Below are positions 1-8,236 of a DNA stretch of 32,000 nucleotides, piece after piece. The DNA is from Nitrosomonas europaea (lineage in GTDB: Bacteria; Pseudomonadota; Gammaproteobacteria; Burkholderiales; Nitrosomonadaceae): NCBI RefSeq assembly GCF_900167395.1, contig NZ_FUWK01000030.1, forward strand, positions 1 to 32,000, in the 5' to 3' direction. The translations under genes were made by a program, and so were the position numbers. Positions within the stretch are counted from its first letter, which is position 1. Each line of letters begins with the position of its first letter. Below the pieces are notes generated by a model that was given only the letters and a program-made list of their open reading frames with translations, was not told the origin of the DNA and did not search any database.

Positions 1-1
1 T

Positions 2-232
2 ATTTGCGAACGCTTTCACAAAACCATCTTGCAGGAGTTCTACCAGGTGACATTCCGGCGCAAGATTTACCAGTCCATTGAAGAGTTACAACACGATCTG
101 GATGATTGGATGGCGTACTACAACAGTGTGCGGACTCACCAGGGAAAAATGTGCTGTGGACGCACCCCGATGCAAACTTTAATTGACGCTAAGGAGATAT
201 GGGACGATAAAATTACCGAATTGAATAACTGA
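2..232 (+). CDS. C-terminal part of a DDE (rve integrase-core) transposase, IS481-like; the 5' part lies left of the window
   Basis: The frame is open from the window edge (..CERFHKTILQEF) into listed ORF 29..232. It has a typical rve C-terminus, YYNSVRTHQGKMCCGRTPMQTL, and TGA at 230-232. The family assignment is from motif memory only. Confidence 0.8.
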   Translation: MCERFHKTILQEFYQVTFRRKIYQSIEELQHDLDDWMAYYNSVRTHQGKMCCGRTPMQTLIDAKEIWDDKITELNN

Positions 233-280
233 ATCTGATCTAACAGGCACTCGTCAAATCGGGTAACTGTCAGATCAGAT
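233..280. repeat. Imperfect inverted repeat / hairpin (13 of 14 bp, 20-nt loop) immediately after the transposase stop
   Basis: ATCTGATCTAACAG (233-246) pairs with CTGTCAGATCAGAT (267-280), with one A/C mismatch at 242/271. Confidence 0.8.
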
Positions 281-349
281 CTCAACTACTACACATCAGG
301 AGATTTTTTATTTTTCCCGGATATATCTGATTATCCTGAAAAACGAGAA

Positions 350-1168
350 TCAGTTGACCTTGAGTGCTCCTCCGCGTCCTAATCCTCCTTCTACCTTCTG
401 TGCTTCATAATGTTTGAGTGCTCGTACCATTCCGTTATAAGCATCGAAAAAAGCAGCGACTGTCGCCTTGCCTGCGGGAGTACGTGAGAAACCACCCAGG
501 GCGCCGCCTGCACCACCACCAAATCCACCCAATGCAGCGCCGTAGTTATTGGCGGTTGAGCTTCCTTCCGAGATGGAAATCTGGACACTGGAACGAATGT
601 CGAACAGCGACAGTGTGACGACGGAAACCTTGGTTTCAAGCGCGCCAGCCAGTGCACCGACTAATGGGTTGAATGCTCCTCCGATTGCAGCACCGACTTT
701 TCCAGTCGAATCATTGTCGATGATGATCTGCGGCTCCATATAGTAATCTGCAGCGACACGTTGTCCTTTTTGCTGTTTCGAGCCGGCACGATATTCACCA
801 GAGTTACGCTGCATATCGGTAATACGGGAAAGGCGGCTATCTGTCCGTGCATTACCGATGGAAGTAAGCACGAAGCAGTTTGATTGCTGAACCGCAAGCC
901 GAATGAGTGGTTCGATTGTGGTAATGCTGGTAGCACTGCCAAAACTGTGGTACCAGTTTGCTTCCCTGCCGTCATCGACAGCAAGTGTGCCCAGTGTTTT
1001 ATCACAACGTTCCAGATCGGCATTGGCACCCGCACTGGCACCTCCTGCAGCCGCACCGGTAACGGCTGTACCGCCGGTGCCGGTCGTTACGTTTGCACAT
1101 CCTGTGAAAAAAGGTATGCAAATGGATATTGCTACTAAAGATCGAATTGAACTGCTATTTTTTTTCAT
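350..1168 (-). CDS. Lipoprotein of the CsgG/HfaB (curli-pore-like) family with Gly/Ala-rich N- and C-terminal linkers
   Basis: The signal peptide plus lipobox is MKKNSSSIRSLVAISICIPFFTG|C. AGGGAG lies 7 nt before ATG 1168, so I prefer this start to 1186. The core LGTLAVDD..IEPLIRLAVQQSNCFVLT..AADYYMEPQIIIDNDS..VSVVTLSLFDIRSSVQISISEG follows the CsgG layout (E. coli CsgG recalled from memory). Confidence 0.6.
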   Translation of the reverse strand: MKKNSSSIRSLVAISICIPFFTGCANVTTGTGGTAVTGAAAGGASAGANADLERCDKTLGTLAVDDGREANWYHSFGSATSITTIEPLIRLAVQQSNCFVLTSIGNARTDSRLSRITDMQRNSGEYRAGSKQQKGQRVAADYYMEPQIIIDNDSTGKVGAAIGGAFNPLVGALAGALETKVSVVTLSLFDIRSSVQISISEGSSTANNYGAALGGFGGGAGGALGGFSRTPAGKATVAAFFDAYNGMVRALKHYEAQKVEGGLGRGGALKVN

Positions 1169-1275
1169 AAAATGACTCCCTTTCATAAAATTAAAAGCTA
1201 TTTTTATTAGCTTGGTTTATTGTTACTCATGTTCAAATTCGATCTTTATATGATATATGAAAGGAATGTAAGAAA

Positions 1276-1872
1276 GTGAATATACAAATCATTTTATCGC
1301 TTATTTTCAGTATGATCCTGATGGCTTGTACGACATCTTCACCCCAAAAGGATCTGTCGCGAATTTGTGATTCTTCCGGTTGTTCAGATCGTTCCGGTAA
1401 CTATGTTTCTAATCATTCATCTGCCGCTTCTTCGGATGAAGAAGCCAGGATCAGGGTGCTTGAGGATGTTGCCCGCCAGGATCCGCGTGCAGCGTATGAT
1501 CTCGGCCTTCGATATTTCCGGGGAGATGGGGTGCGTCAGGATAGCTATCAGGCATTACAGTGGATGCGTGAGGCAGCAGAAAGGGGCGATCTCAATGCAC
1601 AAAAGGCACTGGGCCGCCTGTATCTGACGGGGCTTGAAGAAATGGGCGCAGACTATCGTGAAGCGGAAAAGTGGTTACGTATCGCTGCGAGCAGAGGGGA
1701 TAAGGAATCCGAGCAGTTGCTCGTGGAAGCGGCTGCTTTTGCATCGGAAGAACGCAGATCAGGTGAAATTTACCACCGGTGGGTCAATCGCTGGCAGCCT
1801 GTTTTTTATCAGAGGTGGTACTACGGCTATCCCTACCTGGGAACCTGGCGGGGCAATTACTGGTATTACTGA
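1276..1872 (+). CDS. Sel1-repeat (TPR-like) lipoprotein with an aromatic W/Y-rich C-terminal tail
   Basis: GTG start with AAGGAA 9 nt upstream. The lipobox is ILMA|C. Two to three Sel1 repeats are visible (AAYDLGLRYFRGDGVRQDSYQALQWMREAAERGDLNAQKALGRLYLTG.., YREAEKWLRIAASRGD). Confidence 0.8.
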   Translation: MNIQIILSLIFSMILMACTTSSPQKDLSRICDSSGCSDRSGNYVSNHSSAASSDEEARIRVLEDVARQDPRAAYDLGLRYFRGDGVRQDSYQALQWMREAAERGDLNAQKALGRLYLTGLEEMGADYREAEKWLRIAASRGDKESEQLLVEAAAFASEERRSGEIYHRWVNRWQPVFYQRWYYGYPYLGTWRGNYWYY

Positions 1873-1877
1873 ATATG

Positions 1878-1903
1878 AGGCTTTGAAATATTTTTCAAAG
1901 CCT
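1878..1903. terminator. Hairpin between convergent Sel1 gene and aroC (candidate bidirectional terminator)
   Basis: Perfect 11-bp stem AGGCTTTGAAA / TTTCAAAGCCT with a 4-nt loop. It lies 6 nt after the Sel1 stop and 28 nt after the aroC stop. The U-tract is weak (TTCTAT). Confidence 0.5.
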
Positions 1904-1931
1904 TTCTATAGCGAGCCTTCTTTTTACGAAA

Positions 1932-3104
1932 TTACGATGATTCATCCGGTTCAGGATCTTCCGCCCGGGGAGCACTGGCCTGCATCTCTACTGGATGTAT
2001 CTGGTTTGTGGTGCTTCCGGGAATCCTGGGAGTAGAGCAGACGACATCCGCATTTTGTGCGCGGTGACGCAAGGCATGATCCATCAGCACGATGGCCAGC
2101 ATAGCCTCCACGATGGGAGTTGCCCGGATGCCGACACAGGGATCATGCCTGCCATGGGTTTCGACCAGTACAGGATTTCCTGCCTTGTCGATCGAACGTC
2201 GTGCCAGACGGATACTGGATGTGGGTTTGATCGCCACACTGACAACAACCGGCTGGCCGCTGGAAATTCCACCCAGAATCCCGCCGGCATTGTTGCTCAG
2301 GAAACCTTCCGGGGTGATCTCATCCGAGTGTTCGGTCCCTTTCTGAGTAATGCTGTTGAATCCGGCCCCGATTTCCACACCCTTGACCGCATTGATACTC
2401 ATCATGGCGTAAGCGATATCGGCATCCAGCCGGTCATAAACCGGCTCACCCCAGCCGACCGGTACGCCTTCCGCCACGACATTGATTCTGGCGCCCGCTG
2501 AATTACCTGATTTGCGCAAGCTGTCCATGAATGTTTCCAGTTTCTGAACATAATCGTTATCTGCAACAAAAAACGGATTCTGATTGACGACATCCCAGCT
2601 TTTGAAGGGAATGGCAATCGAGCCGAGCTGTGCCATGTAACCCCGGATGACAATACCATAGCGCTGTTGCAGCCATTTCCTGGCGATGGCGCCAGCGGCC
2701 ACCCGTACAGCCGTTTCCCGTGCGGATGAACGGCCTCCTCCCCGGTAGTCGCGGATGCCGTATTTCTGCCAGTAGGTGTAGTCTGCATGGCCGGGGCGAA
2801 AAACATCCATGATCTTGCTGTAATCCTTGCTGCGTTGATCCTCGTTACGGATCAGCAGGGCGATCGGTGTGCCCGTCGTTGTGTTTTCAAATACGCCTGA
2901 GAGTATCTCTACCCGATCCGCCTCGCGTCGCTGTGTGACATGCCGGGAAGTGCCGGGTTTGCGTCGATCCAGTTCCTGTTGGATGTCTTCGACCGACAAG
3001 GTTAATCCAGGCGGACATCCATCTACGATACAGCCGATTGCCGGACCGTGAGACTCACCGAATGAAGTGACACTGAACAGTTTTCCGATGCTGTTGCCAG
3101 ACAT
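1932..3104 (-). CDS. aroC: Chorismate synthase
   Basis: [33 protein letters not shown].., [19 protein letters not shown] and the rest are collinear with AroC. AAGGA lies 6 nt before ATG 3104, so I prefer it to the 3152 start. The protein has a ~27-aa acidic C-terminal tail. Confidence 0.95.
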   Translation of the reverse strand: MSGNSIGKLFSVTSFGESHGPAIGCIVDGCPPGLTLSVEDIQQELDRRKPGTSRHVTQRREADRVEILSGVFENTTTGTPIALLIRNEDQRSKDYSKIMDVFRPGHADYTYWQKYGIRDYRGGGRSSARETAVRVAAGAIARKWLQQRYGIVIRGYMAQLGSIAIPFKSWDVVNQNPFFVADNDYVQKLETFMDSLRKSGNSAGARINVVAEGVPVGWGEPVYDRLDADIAYAMMSINAVKGVEIGAGFNSITQKGTEHSDEITPEGFLSNNAGGILGGISSGQPVVVSVAIKPTSSIRLARRSIDKAGNPVLVETHGRHDPCVGIRATPIVEAMLAIVLMDHALRHRAQNADVVCSTPRIPGSTTNQIHPVEMQASAPRAEDPEPDESS

Positions 3105-3273
3105 GACAAATCCTTGGTTGAACGGGGAAACGCAAAGTCTAACATAAGCCAAAGCGGGGAGATGGGCTGGGGGCCACCTGTCAGCGTGGTTTCAGCGTGC
3201 CAATTCAGGGTTGTGCAGGTAGAATTGGCTGAAAAAACCGATTGGTGAACAGCATATTACATGGGGAGGGAAT

Positions 3274-4179
3274 ATGAATTTTGCACAGGTCAAGGATTAC
3301 CTGGTTGATTTGCAGAACAGAATTGTGACTGGACTGGAGCAGGTCGATGGCCAGTCGTTCCGCCGTGATACCTGGGACCGCCCGGAAGGCGGGGGAGGGA
3401 CCAGTTGTGTGATCGAGGAAGGCAACGTACTGGAACGCGGGGGAGTCAATTTCTCGCATGTGTTCGGTAAGGGGCTGCCCGCCTCGGCCACTGCAGCCCG
3501 GCCCGAACTGGCCGGCAGAGCATTTGAAGCAGCAGGTGTTTCGCTGGTGCTGCATCCGCGTAATCCTTATGCGCCTACCGTCCACATGAATGTCCGTTTT
3601 TTTGCAGCCACCAAAGAAGGAGCGGAGCCGGTGTGGTGGTTTGGCGGCGGGATGGATCTCACCCCTTACTATGGTTTTGAAGAAGATGCTGTCCATTTTC
3701 ATCAGGCTTGCAAGGATGCACTCCAGCCTTCGGGTGAAGAGTACTACCCGCGTTTCAAGAAATGGTGTGATGAATACTTTTATCTGAAACACCGCAAGGA
3801 ACCACGCGGAATTGGCGGGGTATTTTTTGACGACCTCAACCAGCCGGATTTTGCCACTTGCTTCAACCTGACCAGAAGTGTCGGTGATCATTTCCTCGCA
3901 GCGTATGTTCCGATTCTGCAAAAGCGCCGCGATCTTCCCTATGGCGAACGTGAACGGGATTTTCAGGCGTATCGCCGTGGCCGTTATGTGGAATTCAATC
4001 TGGTATGGGATCGCGGAACGCTGTTCGGTTTGCAGTCGGGAGGGCGTACCGAATCCATCCTGATGTCGCTGCCGCCTGTCGTCAAATGGCGTTACGACTG
4101 GTCACCCGCGGCGGGCAGCCCGGAAGCGAAGCTCTATACTGATTTCCTTACGGGTAGAGACTGGTTGCCGCTTGGCTGA
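3274..4179 (+). CDS. hemF: Oxygen-dependent coproporphyrinogen III oxidase
   Basis: Full-length match to the HemF pattern ([18 protein letters not shown].., NVRFF.., [58 protein letters not shown]). GGGGAGGG SD before the ATG. Confidence 0.95.
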   Translation: MNFAQVKDYLVDLQNRIVTGLEQVDGQSFRRDTWDRPEGGGGTSCVIEEGNVLERGGVNFSHVFGKGLPASATAARPELAGRAFEAAGVSLVLHPRNPYAPTVHMNVRFFAATKEGAEPVWWFGGGMDLTPYYGFEEDAVHFHQACKDALQPSGEEYYPRFKKWCDEYFYLKHRKEPRGIGGVFFDDLNQPDFATCFNLTRSVGDHFLAAYVPILQKRRDLPYGERERDFQAYRRGRYVEFNLVWDRGTLFGLQSGGRTESILMSLPPVVKWRYDWSPAAGSPEAKLYTDFLTGRDWLPLG

Positions 4180-4801
4180 TACTGCAGCTCTGCAGAATGA
4201 CGTTTTTCAGGACATGCAGCTTGCCGTGGAAGAAATGCTCGGCACCGGGAATGACAGTCACCGGAAGCGTTTGTGGAGCTGCCCAGTTCAGTATGCTCTG
4301 AAGCGGCACGATCGTATCCTGATCACCCTGAATGACCAGGATATGCCGGGCATGATCGACCACAGGCGGGGCCTGCAGGCGTTCCACTGATGGTGCGACC
4401 AGTACCAGCCTGGAGGGCTTCAACTGCTGTGCAACGTGTGCCTGGACAGCACCGCCGAATGAAAAACCGGCCAGTGTCAGCGGCAGCGGTTCCGGTCCGG
4501 TATCGTACTGCTCACGCATGGCCTGAGTAACAGCCATGACATCTTCGATCTCCCCTTTTCCTTCGGCATAACTGCCTTCACTCGCGCCCACGCCACGGAA
4601 ATTGAATTTCACCGTGATGTACTGCTGTTCGATGAAAGCCCGGCTGAGGATGTAGACGATCTTGTTATCCATGCTGCCCTGATAAAGCGGATGTGGATGC
4701 GCCACGATGGCAAGACCGCGCGGCGCCCCCTCCGGCAGCGTGACAACGGTTTCCAGTCGACCGGCCGGACCGGTTACGAAGCGTTTCTGTTCATTCGGCA
4801 T
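4148..4801 (-). CDS. Alpha/beta-fold hydrolase (COG2945-like small serine hydrolase)
   Basis: Contains the nucleophile elbow GFSFGG, the [15 protein letters not shown] motif and a C-terminal ..[10 protein letters not shown]. It is 217 aa. Its 3' end overlaps the hemF 3' end by 32 nt (convergent). Confidence 0.75.
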   Translation of the reverse strand: MPNEQKRFVTGPAGRLETVVTLPEGAPRGLAIVAHPHPLYQGSMDNKIVYILSRAFIEQQYITVKFNFRGVGASEGSYAEGKGEIEDVMAVTQAMREQYDTGPEPLPLTLAGFSFGGAVQAHVAQQLKPSRLVLVAPSVERLQAPPVVDHARHILVIQGDQDTIVPLQSILNWAAPQTLPVTVIPGAEHFFHGKLHVLKNVILQSCSISQAATSLYP

Positions 4802-4843
4802 GGATGATAAACCCTGTAACAGATGACTGTTTCATGACAGACA

Positions 4844-4849
4844 ATTATA
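4844..4849 (-). promoter_or_regulatory. Candidate -10 box (TATAAT) for the hydrolase gene
   Basis: The minus strand reads CCCTATACTATAATTGTC, 43 nt upstream of ATG 4801. There is no good -35. Confidence 0.3.
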
Positions 4850-4930
4850 GTATAGGGCGGTTTACCGGATGATGAGTGAATGCCGGGTGCCGTATTTACA
4901 GCGCGTGATTTCCTGAACCGCTATCTGTTC

Positions 4931-4953
4931 AATCCAGGATTGTTTCCTGGATT
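4931..4953. repeat. Perfect 9-bp hairpin in the ferredoxin-hydrolase spacer
   Basis: AATCCAGGA ttgtt TCCTGGATT. Confidence 0.7.
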
Positions 4954-5113
4954 AGTAAAGGAGGCAGGTGTAAAGGGATAAAAAGTTGATGGGTAAAAAG
5001 ATCATCATCATTGCCGGCCAGAATATTCAAGCAAGAAATAATCATGATCATTTTGTCACACAGCGGCTGTCTCGGAGTGGTATGGGAGGATACATCCGTA
5101 CGGTATGAGATGA

Positions 5114-5422
5114 TCATATTCTCAGTCGTTCAACGATTTTTCCGTTCTGCAGGTGAGATTCAATGATTTCATCGATATCTTCCTGATCGACATAGGTGTA
5201 CCAGACTTCTTCCGGGTAGATGACGATGACCGGGCCTTCGCTGCAGCGATCGAGGCAGCCGGCGTTGTTGATGCGTATTTTCCCTTTTCCGCTCAATTTG
5301 AGCTCCTTGATACGTGCCTTGGCGTAATCGCGCATTTCCTGGGCGTGGTGGTCGTTGCAGCAGCGTTCGCCATTGGCGCGCTGATTGATGCAAAAGAAAA
5401 CGTGGTGCTGATAGTAGGTCAT
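5114..5422 (-). CDS. Thioredoxin-like [2Fe-2S] ferredoxin
   Basis: Cys pattern HHVFFCINQRANGERCC...NNAGCLDRCSEGPVIVIYPEEVWY. ATG 5422 (MTYYQHH) lies 5 nt after the potD-like stop and is preceded by GAGGTAAAGGG. The longer 5452 start would overlap the upstream gene. Confidence 0.8.
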   Translation of the reverse strand: MTYYQHHVFFCINQRANGERCCNDHHAQEMRDYAKARIKELKLSGKGKIRINNAGCLDRCSEGPVIVIYPEEVWYTYVDQEDIDEIIESHLQNGKIVERLRI

Positions 5423-5427
5423 GCCCT

Positions 5428-6537
5428 TTACCTCAATTTGATTTCTGTCCATATCCGGCTGAGCAGCCGGCGTTGGGTGTGGTTGATATCTTCCAGCATT
5501 TCCAGCCGGGAAAATTGTGCTGCATCCGGGAAAATGGCCGGGTTGGCAATGATTTCGGGATGGATATGGGGTCTGGCATCCAGATTGGGGTTGCCAGAGC
5601 CGGTCAGGTTGGTCAGCTCGGCGGAATTTTCACCTTCCAGCATGAAATTGATGAAGCGGTGTGCCAGATCGGGACGGTGTCCGCTGCGGTGGAGCACCAT
5701 GCTGTCGAGCGATAATACTGCACCTTCCTTCGGAATGACGAAATCGATACTGAACTGGCGCCCTGTTTTTTTTGCATCCTGTGCAGCCTGGAACATATCG
5801 TTCGAATAGCCGTGAGCAACCCACAGATTGCCAACTGCCAGTTCACGGATATAGCTGGTGTTGTTGAAAGCGGCCCAGTAGGGTTTTGCGCGGATGATCA
5901 GTGTTTTGGCCTGCTGCCAATGGGCTTCATCAGTGTCATGGGCGGAGTAACCCAGATATTTGAGTGCAGCGGCCAGCAGTTCGCGCTGGCTGTCGAGTAC
6001 TGTCACGCGTCCTTTGATTTTTTTCAGATATTCCGGCTCGAAGATGATTGCCCAGCTATCGGTGGGTAATCCCAGCCCGGTAATTTTTTCGCGGTTGAAT
6101 CCCAGCAAGGTGATGGTATTCGCATACGGGACGGAATAGCGGTTGTCCGGATCAAATTTGGTTTTCAGGTAGCCGGGATCGATATTTTTCAGATTGGGGA
6201 TCTTTGATTTATCCAGCTCCCTCAGCGCGCCCTGCCGGATCAGTGTATCCATGGCATCACCCGTCGGAACGAGGAGATCATAACCGGTTGCGCCGGCCGC
6301 CAGTTTGGCGAGCAATTCCTCATTATCGGAATAATAGTCCTGTGTGACCCGGCACTGGCACATCTGTTCGAAGCGTTCGACTGTTTTCTGGCTGATGTAG
6401 TTATTCCAGTTGAACAGCCGCAGAACGTTATCCTGCTGATTGGATGGATTATCTCCGGATCCGCTCCCGGAAGTACATCCAGCAAGTATGCTGATCAGCA
6501 GACAGACGAAATACGATCGAATGATGCTCGCTTTCAC
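5428..6537 (-). CDS. potD: Polyamine (spermidine/putrescine) ABC transporter substrate-binding lipoprotein, PotD/PotF family
   Basis: Lipobox ILAG|C. The family pattern is LRLFNWNNYI..DYYSDNEELLAKL..GYDLVVPTGD... It is the last transporter gene of a potA-B-C-D ordered operon. Putrescine versus spermidine specificity cannot be told from sequence by eye. Confidence 0.8.
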   Translation of the reverse strand: MKASIIRSYFVCLLISILAGCTSGSGSGDNPSNQQDNVLRLFNWNNYISQKTVERFEQMCQCRVTQDYYSDNEELLAKLAAGATGYDLLVPTGDAMDTLIRQGALRELDKSKIPNLKNIDPGYLKTKFDPDNRYSVPYANTITLLGFNREKITGLGLPTDSWAIIFEPEYLKKIKGRVTVLDSQRELLAAALKYLGYSAHDTDEAHWQQAKTLIIRAKPYWAAFNNTSYIRELAVGNLWVAHGYSNDMFQAAQDAKKTGRQFSIDFVIPKEGAVLSLDSMVLHRSGHRPDLAHRFINFMLEGENSAELTNLTGSGNPNLDARPHIHPEIIANPAIFPDAAQFSRLEMLEDINHTQRRLLSRIWTEIKLR

Positions 6538-6539
6538 TG

Positions 6540-7316
6540 TTATTCTCCGCGCAGTGCGCCGGCATCGAGCCGATTGGCGAGAATGATCAAGGCAAGCGTC
6601 AGTAGCATCAGCAGCGTGGAAATCGCATTGACTTCAGGTGTCACTGAAATTTTGATCATGGTGTAGATCTGGATTGGCAGAATCGGTTCACCGACGCCCT
6701 TGGTGAAGAAGGTGATGACGAAATCGTCGATCGACAGTGTGAACGACATCAGTGCGCCGGCGGCCACGGCAGGCATGATCAGCGGCAGGGTGATCAACCT
6801 GAACGTTTGCCAGGGAGTTGCGCCCAGATCGCGCGCTGCTTCGAAAATGCTGTCATCCATACCTTGCAGGCGGGCACGAACGATGATGGCGACAAAACCG
6901 ATACAGAAGGTCGTGTGGGCAATGATGATTGAAACCATACCCAGTGTCAGGTTCAGCACCTGCAGGAAAAACAGCAGCAGCGAAACTCCCAGCAGGATTT
7001 CCGGCATGGCGATGGGTGTAAAGGCGAGTATCGGCAGTACTTTGAGCCGGTAGCGGTGAATCGCCAGTCCGGCCATGGTTCCCAGTACGGTGGCGAGCAG
7101 GCTTGCGGTAATCGCAATGATCAGTGAATTGCGGGCGGCCAGCAGCATTTCGCCGTTATTGAACAGTTTGTAGTACCAGTCCAGCGTAAAGCCCACCCAT
7201 TCCGCATTCAGACGGGAATCGTTGAACGAATACACCACGACGACAATCAGCGGAATATAAAGAAATGCATAAACCGGGATGGCTGCAAGCCACAATGTCA
7301 GATTATTACGTTTCAT
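6540..7316 (-). CDS. potC: Polyamine ABC transporter permease
   Basis: A six-TM permease with the EAA-type loop (FEAARDLGATPWQTFRLITLPLIMPAV). It starts 2 nt after the stop of potB's neighbour gene block. Confidence 0.85.
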   Translation of the reverse strand: MKRNNLTLWLAAIPVYAFLYIPLIVVVVYSFNDSRLNAEWVGFTLDWYYKLFNNGEMLLAARNSLIIAITASLLATVLGTMAGLAIHRYRLKVLPILAFTPIAMPEILLGVSLLLFFLQVLNLTLGMVSIIIAHTTFCIGFVAIIVRARLQGMDDSIFEAARDLGATPWQTFRLITLPLIMPAVAAGALMSFTLSIDDFVITFFTKGVGEPILPIQIYTMIKISVTPEVNAISTLLMLLTLALIILANRLDAGALRGE

Positions 7317-7325
7317 GTCAGTGAA

Positions 7326-8234
7326 TTAATTGCTGGAAGCAGTGCGGGAACGGGCGAACCAGGTGGCCAGGCCGGCCACACTCAGCACCGCCAGCGTGAG
7401 CATGATGGACAGGGTAGAGCCAAACGGCCAGTCGCGCGTACCGAGGAACTGATCCTTGATCAGGTTGCCGATCAGGATGTCACCGGTGCCACCCAGGATA
7501 TCCGGTATGGCAAACATGCCGAGTACCGGGATGAATACCAGTGCCGAACCGGAAAACACACCCGGCAGGGATTGTGGCCAGGTCACCCGCCAGAATCGCT
7601 GCCAGCGGTTCGCACCGAGATCCTGGGCTGCATCGAGCAATACCGGATCATGTTTTTCCAGATTGGTGTAGAGCGGCAGGATCATGAACGGCAGATGCAC
7701 ATACACCGTGCCTACCAGCACAGCAAAGGGAGAAAACAGCAGCATGACCGGTTCTAAACCCAGCACATCGAGTACGCTGTTGATCAGGTGGCTGAATGTC
7801 GATTCCGGCCCGAGAATGATCATCCAGGCATAGATGCGGATCAGAAAGTTGCTGGCAAATGGCAATACCACCAGCAGTACCATCAGATTGCGGTATTTTT
7901 TTGCACTCCGGGCGATCAGCATGGCGACCGGGTAAGCCATGACCAGGCAGATCAAGGTGGTGGCCGTTGCAACCGCGAATGATTTCAGGAAAATTTCTGC
8001 GTACAGGATATCGCTGAAAAAGAAACGGTAGGTTTCGAGTGTCAGACCGTACAAGCCGGAACCCTCTTCTGCGAGACCCGTTGCCGGCACTGATAGAGGT
8101 GCCAGCCCGCCAAATTCACCCGGGTAGCGGAAAGAGGTCACGATCATGAGCAGGCTGGGTACCACAAAGAACAGCAGCAGGAACAGTGTCGGTGGCAGGC
8201 TTACCAGCCAGCGTGTCAGGCGAAGTCTGTTCAT
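7326..8234 (-). CDS. potB: Polyamine ABC transporter permease
   Basis: A multi-TM permease with the loop LLDAAQDLGANRWQRFWRVTWPQSLPG. It is tightly packed between potA and potC. Confidence 0.85.
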   Translation of the reverse strand: MNRLRLTRWLVSLPPTLFLLLFFVVPSLLMIVTSFRYPGEFGGLAPLSVPATGLAEEGSGLYGLTLETYRFFFSDILYAEIFLKSFAVATATTLICLVMAYPVAMLIARSAKKYRNLMVLLVVLPFASNFLIRIYAWMIILGPESTFSHLINSVLDVLGLEPVMLLFSPFAVLVGTVYVHLPFMILPLYTNLEKHDPVLLDAAQDLGANRWQRFWRVTWPQSLPGVFSGSALVFIPVLGMFAIPDILGGTGDILIGNLIKDQFLGTRDWPFGSTLSIMLTLAVLSVAGLATWFARSRTASSN

Positions 8235-8236
8235 GT

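Larger units (their letters stand above)
1..295 (+). mobile_element. Right end of an insertion sequence (outer boundary approximate, about 281-300)
   Basis: Transposase 3' end followed directly by a 14-bp imperfect inverted repeat. ACTACACA (288-295) reads TGTGTAGT on the other strand, a TGT-type terminus as in many IS481-like ends. The left end is not in the window, so the terminal IR cannot be confirmed. Confidence 0.45.

Noticed and set aside
1932-2015. An acidic, Pro-rich C-terminal extension of about 27 aa on AroC (..[27 protein letters not shown]).
   Set aside because: It is a low-complexity tail with no motif. Such lineage-specific tails are common, and there is no sign of a fused domain or a frameshift.
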